The notes under the pieces were generated by a model, which was given only the letters and a program-made list of their open reading frames with translations, was not told where the DNA came from and searched no databases. This document shows positions 19,830 to 28,066 of a stretch of DNA of 41,297 bases, one piece after another. Where the stretch lies: the NCBI GenBank assembly GCA_963663405.2, contig CAXXSM010000120.1, positions 1 through 41,297 on the forward strand, read 5' to 3'. Source of the DNA: a bacterium. Lineage in GTDB: Bacteria; Hinthialibacterota; Hinthialibacteria; Hinthialibacterales; Hinthialibacteraceae. Position numbers and translations under genes: made by a program. Position 1 is the first letter of the stretch, and each line of letters starts with the position of its first letter.

Positions 19830-20123
19830 TGATTGGCTCCGAATTTCAATTTGCGAATAGGATTAATTTGTATTTAAAGACTTGTCCGGCGTTTAAACGC
19901 TTTTCGAGGATCTGTCATATTTTATTGATTAAAAGATTGAGATACGTCTTACATACCCACATTGTTACTCTAGCGCAAACGCTGGAATCAAGGATATTCA
20001 CTAATGTACATGGAGAACACAAATATTCGTTTAGAATTAATATTTTTTATTATATCATTTTATACGTAAAGAAGAGAATTAATAACTGACGCCTTGCAGA
20101 TGTGTATCCATCAATTTTAATCA

Positions 20124-20147
20124 CGGACGGGACGCCCGCGTTCCATT
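20124..20147 (+). repeat. REP-like GC-rich repeat, copy 3
   Basis: CGGACGGGACGCCCGCGTTCCATT just downstream of the galK stop. Confidence 0.65.
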
Positions 20148-20156
20148 ATTCGTGAA

Positions 20157-21503
20157 TTAAACCTCATGCCGCTTGATTACCGCGCCGGGGCCGGGTTCGC
20201 TGGTGAAGATGGATTCATCGCTGGGATCGCTGTCTGGGTAATAGGCTTGGCGCATGTGTTGTACGAAAGCGTCCGCCTTGGTTCGTTCGACCAGGTTGAC
20301 TGTACAACCGCCGAAGCCGGCGCCGGTGAGACGGGCGCCGAGGGTGCCGTATTCGAGCGCGAGCTCCACGAGGCGGTCCAATTCGGGGCAGGAGATTTCG
20401 AAATCGTCACGGGCGCTCACTTGGCCCTGATTCATCAAGCGCCCGAACTCAGCGGCGTTCCCCTCATGGAGGATTTTAGCGCTTTGTTCAACACGCATTC
20501 CATCCGTGACAATATGGCGGAACCGCTTCCCGCAGGCGAACCGCATTGAAGAAAATTCTCTCTCGTTCTCAAACGAATAATCCGTTAGAATGCAGCGGAT
20601 TTCATCCTCATCCACTAATTGATCGCAGATTTCTTGATAGGAATACATATCTTGAATCCCTTCAGCGATCAACCGTATCAGATCCTCATACGTATAGTTC
20701 CACGGTGAATTGAATAGATCGCCAAGGCGTTGAAAATCAGAGGGGATATCCTTCGATTGGAGAAATGCGCGCAGCAACATGGCGGCGAAGCGGCATTCGA
20801 CCGCCCGGAGATTGTACAATCGCAGCGCGTTTTCGGTTTTCTTCGCTCGAACCCGGCTGTCACAGACCACGATCGTAGTGGAGTCCGGCAGGGGAACCGG
20901 ATTGGCCCGGAGCGGGAAGAAATCAATCTTGAGGGCATGGCCCTTTTGTCCCAGGAGACATGTGGCCTGATCCATTCCCCCGCCGCGTGTGCCGACGTAA
21001 TGTTCCGCAGCGGCCATCCGTTCCGCCAGAGGAACGCGATTAATGGGCAGCCGGTTGGTTTCCAGAAACGCGAGGGCCGAACCAGTGACCAACGCCGATG
21101 AAGAAGAAAGCCCTACACCCAATGGAATCGTCCCTGAGATGACTATGTCACAGCCGTGAAGATTCTTTTGTTCCTCCAATGATAGAGAATCGAGAATGCC
21201 TTGGATTCCGGCTTTGACATAGTTGATCCAATGGCCTTGGGGGTGTTTGGGGATTGTTGGCTCTAGATCGAATTCGACAGGATCAGGACTGACATCAAGA
21301 GCCCATGCGCGAATATGACGATCATTACGCTCAGCGCCTTCCAAGGTGATGGTTTTTTGAATCGCCATCGGTAGAACGGGGAGACCGTTGTAGTCGGTGT
21401 GCTCTCCGAGGAGATTCACGCGTCCCGGCGCATGGATTGTAAAATTCATTGGAGTGCTGGTAATGTCATGAAATCGCTGGTTGGTTGAATCGGTTTGCGT
21501 CAT
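20157..21503 (-). CDS. galK: Galactokinase / N-acetylgalactosamine kinase-like GHMP kinase
   Basis: APGRVNLLGEHTDYNG, IPLGVGLSSSSA, GGGMDQ, GARLTGAGFGGC. Confidence 0.9.
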   Translation of the reverse strand: MTQTDSTNQRFHDITSTPMNFTIHAPGRVNLLGEHTDYNGLPVLPMAIQKTITLEGAERNDRHIRAWALDVSPDPVEFDLEPTIPKHPQGHWINYVKAGIQGILDSLSLEEQKNLHGCDIVISGTIPLGVGLSSSSALVTGSALAFLETNRLPINRVPLAERMAAAEHYVGTRGGGMDQATCLLGQKGHALKIDFFPLRANPVPLPDSTTIVVCDSRVRAKKTENALRLYNLRAVECRFAAMLLRAFLQSKDIPSDFQRLGDLFNSPWNYTYEDLIRLIAEGIQDMYSYQEICDQLVDEDEIRCILTDYSFENEREFSSMRFACGKRFRHIVTDGMRVEQSAKILHEGNAAEFGRLMNQGQVSARDDFEISCPELDRLVELALEYGTLGARLTGAGFGGCTVNLVERTKADAFVQHMRQAYYPDSDPSDESIFTSEPGPGAVIKRHEV

Positions 21504-21532
21504 CTTGTCTTCCGTTGTATATCCAATGCTGT

Positions 21533-22282
21533 TCAGTTTTCTTTCTCAAGCAGGTTTTCATTTTCTTTCAGAAGGCCACGGACATATTCGACATCTTCCG
21601 GGCGGCCGATATCGCCCCAAAATCCTTTCAACTTGACGGCGCGAAGAGTTTTCCCATCTTCAATCATTAAGCGGATCGCATCTGTCAACTCATATTCCCC
21701 ACGGGGGGAAAGGTCGATTTGATCCAAATAGGTGAAGACGCAAGTGTTGAATACAAAGAGACCTGCGTTATTCCAATTGGATTCAGATTCGCCTTTAGGG
21801 GGTTTCTCGATAATTTTATGAATCCTATGTGTTACTTCATCAAAATGGACGGCGGCTCCATTGCAGGGATCGTCCATGTAATTAACCGCAAGAACTACAT
21901 CCGGCTCATCTTGTTTGTAGCCATCAATAATGCGCGAGTAATTGTCGATGGAGGTGATAATATCGCCGAAACACATGAAAAACGGTTCGTCTCCCACCGC
22001 TTCCCGTGTTAATCGAAGAGCGCCGCCGGTGCCATCTTGGACGGGTTGGCGAATGTATTGAACATGAATTCCGTAGTCTGTGCCTTCTTGGAAATGGTCT
22101 TCGATCAGATTCGCAAAATATCCGGTGACTACAATGAAATTGTGAATCCCCGTGTTGCGAATTGAAAGAACGATCTGTTCGAGAATCCGCTGTTTCCCAA
22201 TTTCCAGCATTGGTTTGGGTTGATTTTTTGTGAGTTCTTTCATGCGGGTGCCTTTACCCGCTGCTAATATAACTGCTTTCAT
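21533..22282 (-). CDS. Sugar-1-phosphate nucleotidyltransferase (NTP_transferase)
   Basis: AVILAAGKGTRM, PKPM, Q..GTG, GD, EKP, RGEYELTDAI, WGDIG. Confidence 0.93.
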   Translation of the reverse strand: MKAVILAAGKGTRMKELTKNQPKPMLEIGKQRILEQIVLSIRNTGIHNFIVVTGYFANLIEDHFQEGTDYGIHVQYIRQPVQDGTGGALRLTREAVGDEPFFMCFGDIITSIDNYSRIIDGYKQDEPDVVLAVNYMDDPCNGAAVHFDEVTHRIHKIIEKPPKGESESNWNNAGLFVFNTCVFTYLDQIDLSPRGEYELTDAIRLMIEDGKTLRAVKLKGFWGDIGRPEDVEYVRGLLKENENLLEKEN

Positions 22283-22309
22283 TCCATCCCTCCAGATTGG
22301 TTCCTATAG

Positions 22310-22338
22310 AAAAGGCCAGAGGAATGTCCTCTGGCCTT
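22310..22338 (-). terminator. Intrinsic terminator
   Basis: 12 bp stem AAGGCCAGAGGA/TCCTCTGGCCTT with a short U-tract on the minus strand, downstream of the dockerin gene. Confidence 0.75.
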
Positions 22339-22386
22339 GTACAACCATCTTCTTCATTGCATTCTCATGGAACGGAGTCAGTCCCA

Positions 22387-22893
22387 TCACCCTCCGGCAA
22401 TCATGAGCAATAGGTCCTGCGCGTCTTGTGGTGTAATCGCGCCATCGGCGTTAATGTCCACAATCTGCATGAGTTCCGGTGTTACCACGGCGTCTTCCAG
22501 GTAGAGAAGAAGAATTTCAACCGCGTCCGCTTCATCTACGACACCGTCGCCATTCGCATCTCCCAGTTCCTGCGCAGGAGGCGTAGTTGGAACCGCTGTT
22601 GGAGGCGCCTCCGTCGGAGTTTCCACAGGAACTTCCGTTGGAGGAACTTCTGTGGGTGTTTCTACAGGAACTTCTGTCGGGGGCACTTCCGTTGGAGTTT
22701 CCACCGGAACTTCTGTTGGGGGAACTTCTGTGGGCGCTACTGTCGGTTCCACAGGAACTTCCGTGGGAGTTTCAGGAACGACGGTCGGGGTTTCCGCGGG
22801 GGTTTCCTGCGCCGAAGCCGCTGGGGCGAACCATACACTGCAAACAATCAACGCAGCCAGAAAACACAGGGTGACAGATAAGTATCTAGTCAT
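22387..22893 (-). CDS. Secreted Pro/Thr/Glu-rich protein with C-terminal dockerin-like domain
   Basis: Signal peptide ending AASA; PTEVP repeats; GDANGDGVVDEADA and DINADGAITPQDA duplicated Ca-binding loops. Confidence 0.85.
   Translation of the reverse strand: MTRYLSVTLCFLAALIVCSVWFAPAASAQETPAETPTVVPETPTEVPVEPTVAPTEVPPTEVPVETPTEVPPTEVPVETPTEVPPTEVPVETPTEAPPTAVPTTPPAQELGDANGDGVVDEADAVEILLLYLEDAVVTPELMQIVDINADGAITPQDAQDLLLMIAGG
22588..22734 (-). repeat. Intragenic 39 bp tandem repeat (PTEVPPTEVPVET x3 plus a partial unit)
   Basis: Identical peptide units with synonymous codon differences. Confidence 0.9.
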
Positions 22894-22940
22894 GACTCCT
22901 CTCTCCTTTATCTCAATTTTTGCATAACTTCCATTTAAAT

Positions 22941-23030
22941 CATTATGATTTGAGATCACATCTGCAAATGAAAATGAATTACGGGAGATATCGTGTACGA
23001 GAAAGCCCTAGAAACCCATTTTCATATAAA
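22941..23030 (-). repeat. Dispersed ~90 nt hairpin repeat, copy C
   Basis: Minus strand TTTATATGAAAATGGGTT...AATTCATTTTCATTTGCAGATGTGATCTCAAATCATAATG aligns with copies A and D. Confidence 0.8.
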
Positions 23031-23052
23031 TTATCCGCTTGTCCACAGTCTC

Positions 23053-23080
23053 ATATTAAGGATTATGAACGACTTGTCAA
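23053..23080 (-). promoter_or_regulatory. Putative sigma70 promoter for the dockerin gene
   Basis: TTGACA-N16-TAATAT on the minus strand, upstream of repeat copy C. Confidence 0.55.
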
Positions 23081-23169
23081 GGATTAACTCACTTTTTTTC
23101 GATAACTTTTTTTAAACAAGTTTTGGATGGTAAAAGGGGGGATAACGAGGAAATTGATCGATTTAATTA

Positions 23170-24489
23170 TTATAATTCACTTGATGAAATAGGGGATTTG
23201 AGGCTATTAGGCTCCCTTTTGTTCGTTGAATTCCCATTAGAGACAAAAAAGTAGCAACATGCTGATGCGGTTAGACTTACGCACCCAAACCAAAAGAAAG
23301 CGTTTTGGATAGCTTCAACACGGGGTATTCCTTGATAACACTCAACGACCAAACTGCCTCCCATGAATCCGACGATCTGTCCCGAGACGATCGCAAAAAA
23401 GAGAAGCGCTTGGGCTGTAGATCGGATACTTTCTTTGCAGTGTGTGTCGACGTACATGGCGGAAGCGAAGAATATACCGACTACGGCGGGTCCTTGGAGG
23501 GTGTTGATCAATAAGAAAAGCGATGCGTTCGAGATAAAATAAAAACAGATCCAGCGGATTCCATCGACGGTTAAACCGATTAGAATGACCCGTTTCAGGC
23601 CAATGGCGCGGACGATAGTCTGCAAATTCAACATAATAATGATTTCTGCGCTAACCGCCGCCAACCAAACAAGGGAATAATAAAATTCCGTCCCCCCGTT
23701 ATAGCCGACAAAGGGTCCTATATATTGAATGCCCGCGAATAAGCCGGCCGCGACAAGGAAAATCGAAAAAAAGAACGCGGCCAGGTTCCGATCCCGCAGC
23801 GGTTCGAAAAGAGAGCGGAGATCGGGTCGCTGGTGTTTTTCGAATTCACTTTCATTCCACCGGGCGCAGAGCAGGGCGGCGATATAAAAAAAACCCGCGG
23901 CAGAAAAAACAGCGCTGCGGTCGTACCAGCCCAGCCAGTTCGAGAGAGAGACAAGGACAGGACAAAGCAGGGTAATTGTCACAGAAAAGCTGAAACTACC
24001 CGCGATGCGCACCCGCCCGTATAAATCGCGTTTTTCTTTACCAAGATAGGAGAAAATAAGAGAATTGATAATCGGATTGCACGAGTTCATGCTGCCCATA
24101 AAGAGACAGGCCGAAAGGAGAAGAAACCAGAATCCACCAAGGGGAAAAGAGACAATGTAAACGTAGATCAAGATTGCGCTAAGCAGAAGCGTGATCCGGT
24201 AGGCGTTTGTTCTTCCGAGATAGCGGTCCGCGATCGCGCCCCAGAAAGTTTGGGCGATGAGAGCGGTCAAGGCGGGGAGGGCCATGAGGAGACCGATCTG
24301 CCGGTCGCCCAGTCCAAGATCGAGGTCAAAATAACGCGTTAAATGGGGGACAACACACGCTTGGGCGGAATAGAGAAACCAGACGCTGCCCAGCACCAGC
24401 CATCCGTTGCGGCGGCTGGCTTCATCATGAAAAATGCTGTTTGGATCGCCTCCAATTTGGGGATTCTCTATGTATGGTTTTGTGCGCAT
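23170..24489 (-). CDS. MFS transporter (MFS_1_like, nucleoside/oligosaccharide symporter type)
   Basis: About 12 hydrophobic segments, WGAIADR motif A, YGRVRIAGS, SAEI; ATG 24489 avoids overlap with the upstream pilin gene. Confidence 0.88.
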   Translation of the reverse strand: MRTKPYIENPQIGGDPNSIFHDEASRRNGWLVLGSVWFLYSAQACVVPHLTRYFDLDLGLGDRQIGLLMALPALTALIAQTFWGAIADRYLGRTNAYRITLLLSAILIYVYIVSFPLGGFWFLLLSACLFMGSMNSCNPIINSLIFSYLGKEKRDLYGRVRIAGSFSFSVTITLLCPVLVSLSNWLGWYDRSAVFSAAGFFYIAALLCARWNESEFEKHQRPDLRSLFEPLRDRNLAAFFFSIFLVAAGLFAGIQYIGPFVGYNGGTEFYYSLVWLAAVSAEIIIMLNLQTIVRAIGLKRVILIGLTVDGIRWICFYFISNASLFLLINTLQGPAVVGIFFASAMYVDTHCKESIRSTAQALLFFAIVSGQIVGFMGGSLVVECYQGIPRVEAIQNAFFWFGCVSLTASACCYFFVSNGNSTNKREPNSLKSPISSSEL

Positions 24490-24497
24490 AAGCGGCT

Positions 24498-25118
24498 CTA
24501 GGGTCCGGGATAGGGGATGTTGCCGGAACTGATCAATCCATTGGATGGTTGGTACTGCCATAGGATCGGTTCATCTACTTCCTTGGCGCCGGTAATTCCA
24601 TCCGCCCAATCACCGTCAGGTCCACGCCCCATCAGGTTAAACTCAAAGAGCTGACCTCCATAACCAACCCGCCAACTAAAATTATGTTGGATAAAGTAAT
24701 CGTGGGTCGCGAAGTAATAATCATCCGACGTGCCAAACGCATAATAAAGATCGTTTTCGTCTTGTGGAAAAGCATCTTTTGGAATCGACGTGATATACGG
24801 TGTAGGCGTCGTCAGGTTCTTTGGGATCTGGTAACCAGGCATCTGCGTAATAGGAGGATAGGCGTTATGATCGGCTTTATACATGAAAATCGCCGTGCGG
24901 CAGCCGTTTAAATCCGCCTGACAACGGGCAATCTTTGCGCGGATCTGGGCGTTCAGGAAATTCGGAACTGCGATGGCGGCTAGAATCCCGATTATCGCTA
25001 CAACGATTAATAATTCGATCAGGGTAAATCCACTAAAGGCGTGCGAAAACGCATGGATTCGAGTATGGAGATTTTTTTTGGATCGTGACAATGATTTACT
25101 CTTTCTATTCGTCCGCAT
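24498..25118 (-). CDS. Prepilin-type N-terminal cleavage/methylation protein (GspG-like pseudopilin)
   Basis: G|FTLIELLIVVAIIGILAAIAVPNF class III signal; Y..DHN.YP, LTTP..YI, P.D.F, GPDG, Y.PSNG..S.G motifs. Confidence 0.9.
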   Translation of the reverse strand: MRTNRKSKSLSRSKKNLHTRIHAFSHAFSGFTLIELLIVVAIIGILAAIAVPNFLNAQIRAKIARCQADLNGCRTAIFMYKADHNAYPPITQMPGYQIPKNLTTPTPYITSIPKDAFPQDENDLYYAFGTSDDYYFATHDYFIQHNFSWRVGYGGQLFEFNLMGRGPDGDWADGITGAKEVDEPILWQYQPSNGLISSGNIPYPGP

Positions 25119-25469
25119 CGAGCGAGGATGAAGGGAAGTATAGCCATCCTGGTTTATAGTTTAATGGACAGTGGTTATTTCCATATCCAATCAATAAAGA
25201 ACTAATGCAACCAATACAAACCAAGCAGGCGGCGGATGAGATGGAGAGGATCACGAATAGAAACAAACGTAGATTATAACGGATCGGCAATACCAAAACG
25301 GCCAAAACGATTCCCCACTTTCCTAACGAAACGCTTGTGATAATAATGTGCTTATAGAACCATACACAATTCAGATCACAACATGCAAAAGCGATTTTCA
25401 AATTAAAAAATGGAGAAAACGCAAATACTTTGATTGATCAGCTTAATACAAGTAAAAGGAGAACTATTC

Positions 25470-26951
25470 ATGAAACGCTGTCTACACTTTTTTTCCCTGA
25501 GCGCGCTATGGATCGGAATGATTTCTGGATGCGGCATGGTGTATGGCCAAACTAATTCAACTGTCTACGTCACGTTCTGGTTCGACACGGAAGACTACAT
25601 CTTGCCGGAAGCGGATGACGCGGCGCTCCGTCTTGCGGAGATGTTTACCGAACGCAACGTCCAGGCCACGTTCAAAATTGTCGGCGAAAAAGCGCGTATG
25701 TTGGAAGAACGCGGACGGGATGACGTCATCGCGGCCCTTGCCCGGAACGACATCTCCTATCACTCCACCAACCACAGCCAACACCCCACACCGTCGGAAT
25801 ACTCACGCGACCTGGGATGGCAGGAAGGCGTGGACGAATTCTCCCGCCGTGAAAGCATTGGACTCTCGGTTCTACAACGCGTCTTTGGCGTCAACGCTTC
25901 CTGCTATGGGCAGCCGGGCTGTTCGTGGACTCCTCAAAGCTACGCCGCCCTGCGGGAATGGGGGATCCCCCTCTACCTCGACGCGACTTGGCAAGTCAAC
26001 GTTGACAACCGCCCATTCTGGTATGGTGGATTGCTCAATATTCTTGACCTGGGCGATTGCATCATCCGCACGGAATGGTCCGATGAAGATGTTAAAAAGG
26101 CCTGCGCCGAATTCGATCGCGTCAGCAAACGATTGAAGAAAGAAGGAGGTGGATTGATCAGCGTCTACTATCATCCCTGTGAATTCCTTCATGAAGAATT
26201 CTGGGATGGAGTTAATTTCTCGCGTGGCGCCAATCCCCCCCGTGAAGAATGGAAATTACCGCCGATGAAAACTCCGGAACAGATCGAACAATGTTTCAAG
26301 GCGTTCGAAGCCTTTCTCGATCACGTTATCAAACAGCCGGCCACCCGCCTCGTCACCGCGCGGGAAATTCCCTCGCTCTATCCGGACCGCGCCTACACCT
26401 GTCCCTTGGAACGCGCTGAATTGAACGCCATCGCCTCCCAATTCATGAACAGTGTAACCTACACCGATTTAGGGGGCCGGTTTGTCACCGCCGGTGAAGG
26501 CCTCTTCGCCCTCGCGAGTTTTGTCTCAGAAATGGGAGAAGATTGGGAACCGGAATCGATCGATGTTGAGTTCGCCTATGGACCCGCCGGCCGTCCGGAC
26601 GAATACATCACCGAAGGTTCCTTCCGGTGGGACGCGATACAAAAAGCGGCGGTCAGTGTAGTGGAGCGCATATACGATTCGGAACAACTGCCTTCCGTGG
26701 TTTGGGTGGATGGAAAACCGCTGCGTCCAGAAGATTTCGCCGTTACACTCGCTTCCGCGATCCTCGCCGATCAAAGGCTGGATATGGTTCCCTTCGTCCG
26801 GGGAGAATTGACAGCGGCCGAACTCGTGCGGGATGACGCGCCGGGAAGATGGGATTGGGTCATCTTTCCCGAAGGCTTTCACGCTCCCCGTTTGATGGAT
26901 GTCGCCAAACTACAGGCATGGACGATTAAACCCGCCCGTTTGCGGCGATGA
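25470..26951 (+). CDS. Secreted polysaccharide deacetylase-like (NodB-type) protein
   Basis: Signal peptide; TFWFDTEDY, ATF..VGE, HSTNHS, YYHPCEF; AGGAG RBS. Confidence 0.75.
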   Translation: MKRCLHFFSLSALWIGMISGCGMVYGQTNSTVYVTFWFDTEDYILPEADDAALRLAEMFTERNVQATFKIVGEKARMLEERGRDDVIAALARNDISYHSTNHSQHPTPSEYSRDLGWQEGVDEFSRRESIGLSVLQRVFGVNASCYGQPGCSWTPQSYAALREWGIPLYLDATWQVNVDNRPFWYGGLLNILDLGDCIIRTEWSDEDVKKACAEFDRVSKRLKKEGGGLISVYYHPCEFLHEEFWDGVNFSRGANPPREEWKLPPMKTPEQIEQCFKAFEAFLDHVIKQPATRLVTAREIPSLYPDRAYTCPLERAELNAIASQFMNSVTYTDLGGRFVTAGEGLFALASFVSEMGEDWEPESIDVEFAYGPAGRPDEYITEGSFRWDAIQKAAVSVVERIYDSEQLPSVVWVDGKPLRPEDFAVTLASAILADQRLDMVPFVRGELTAAELVRDDAPGRWDWVIFPEGFHAPRLMDVAKLQAWTIKPARLRR

Positions 26952-26982
26952 CCGGTACCCTGCCAAACAAGATTGTCATTTT

Positions 26983-27033
26983 GTCCTGAAGGGACATCAT
27001 AAAATTGCCCAGGATATCAATCCTGGGCTTTTT
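26983..27033 (+). repeat. Double hairpin (REP-like element or terminator) between convergent genes
   Basis: GTCCTGAAGGGAC hairpin, then GCCCAGGAT-ATCA-ATCCTGGGC followed by TTTTT. Confidence 0.6.
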
Positions 27034-27096
27034 CATCGATTCATCAATCTCTCATAAAAAAGAGATAATCCAATACTCAAAAAATGCCTTTCTCAA

Positions 27097-27957
27097 CTAT
27101 CCCAATAATTTCTTGAGAATCGCAAGACTTTCCTTGGCAATATCAAATCCTGTTCCTCCGGATTCGCCTTGCTCCACAATGTACCACCGGGTTCTTTGTA
27201 CTTCTTTACAAAGCCGGATGATTTCTTTCCATTCCGCATTCTCCGCGGAAAGGCGCGCCGCTGGGTAATCTTTAATATGCGCCGACGCGGCTCGTCTGGG
27301 GAATTTCTTCAAAATCTCGATCGGATCACCGCCGCCTTCAACGCAGTTGCCGATATCGAGTTGCATAACGACGCGGGGATCGGTTTGACCGAATAGTAAA
27401 TCCCAGCCAGTGACGCCGTCTTGTTTTTTGAAATCAAAACCGTGACAATGGTAACCGACCCGCATTCGATGCTCACGAGCGGGCGCAACGGAATCGTTCA
27501 GGATTTTCGCGAACTTTTTGATCGATTCGGGTGACTCCATCAGATTATTCGCCGCGGCGACGATTAAAAATCGGTTGCCTAGAATCTCATTGTTCTTGAT
27601 TGTCCGTTCGAACGCGTCGCCGAGAAGCGCGTCGACGCTCATATGCATGCCGCAGCATTGAATATGATTCTCATCTAACAGCGCGCGAAGTTTTTCAGCG
27701 GACCAGTCACCATGAACGTTTTCCGTTCCTCCATAGCCGTAGAACTCGACGCCCTCATAACCCAGTTCCGCGAGTTTTTTGATCGTCCCCGGCACATCTT
27801 TTTCAAACTCGCCGCGTACACAATATAACTGAATGCCAATCCGAGGCCCCCGCCGCTGCCTTTCCGCCGCAAGCACCATCGATGAACTCGCAGACGCGCA
27901 CAATAATCCCGCCGCGCCCAAACCCGTTTTCAAAAATTCCCGCCGTCGAATATTCAT
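27097..27957 (-). CDS. Tat-exported sugar phosphate isomerase/epimerase (xylose-isomerase-like TIM barrel)
   Basis: RRREFLK Tat motif; IGIQLYCVR, GYEGVEF, GYHCH, QLDIGN, HIKD, YIVEQ. Confidence 0.9.
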   Translation of the reverse strand: MNIRRREFLKTGLGAAGLLCASASSSMVLAAERQRRGPRIGIQLYCVRGEFEKDVPGTIKKLAELGYEGVEFYGYGGTENVHGDWSAEKLRALLDENHIQCCGMHMSVDALLGDAFERTIKNNEILGNRFLIVAAANNLMESPESIKKFAKILNDSVAPAREHRMRVGYHCHGFDFKKQDGVTGWDLLFGQTDPRVVMQLDIGNCVEGGGDPIEILKKFPRRAASAHIKDYPAARLSAENAEWKEIIRLCKEVQRTRWYIVEQGESGGTGFDIAKESLAILKKLLG

Positions 27958-28066
27958 TTGGTTTTCTCCCGTTCCTAACTAGCTTCTGGTGGGTCAGTGA
28001 AGCGCGGCCCACCTATATGGTCAATTGAGATTCTATTATATGAGATGTTTCATTTTCAATTCAAGA

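Noticed and set aside
20094-20104. TTGCAGATGTG matching part of repeat copy C
   Set aside because: Only 11 nt match and the flanks do not align; could be chance
19830-20120. Long leader upstream of purH as a possible ZTP or purine riboswitch
   Set aside because: AT-rich, with no recognisable riboswitch consensus or stems
22588-22734. Regularly spaced repeats that could be taken for a CRISPR array
   Set aside because: In-frame coding repeats with synonymous variation, no unique spacers and no cas genes
25105-25401. 98 aa hydrophobic ORF upstream of the pilin gene (also 7051-7371 and 19829-20089)
   Set aside because: Non-ATG or weak starts in AT-rich intergenic DNA with no RBS or motif support
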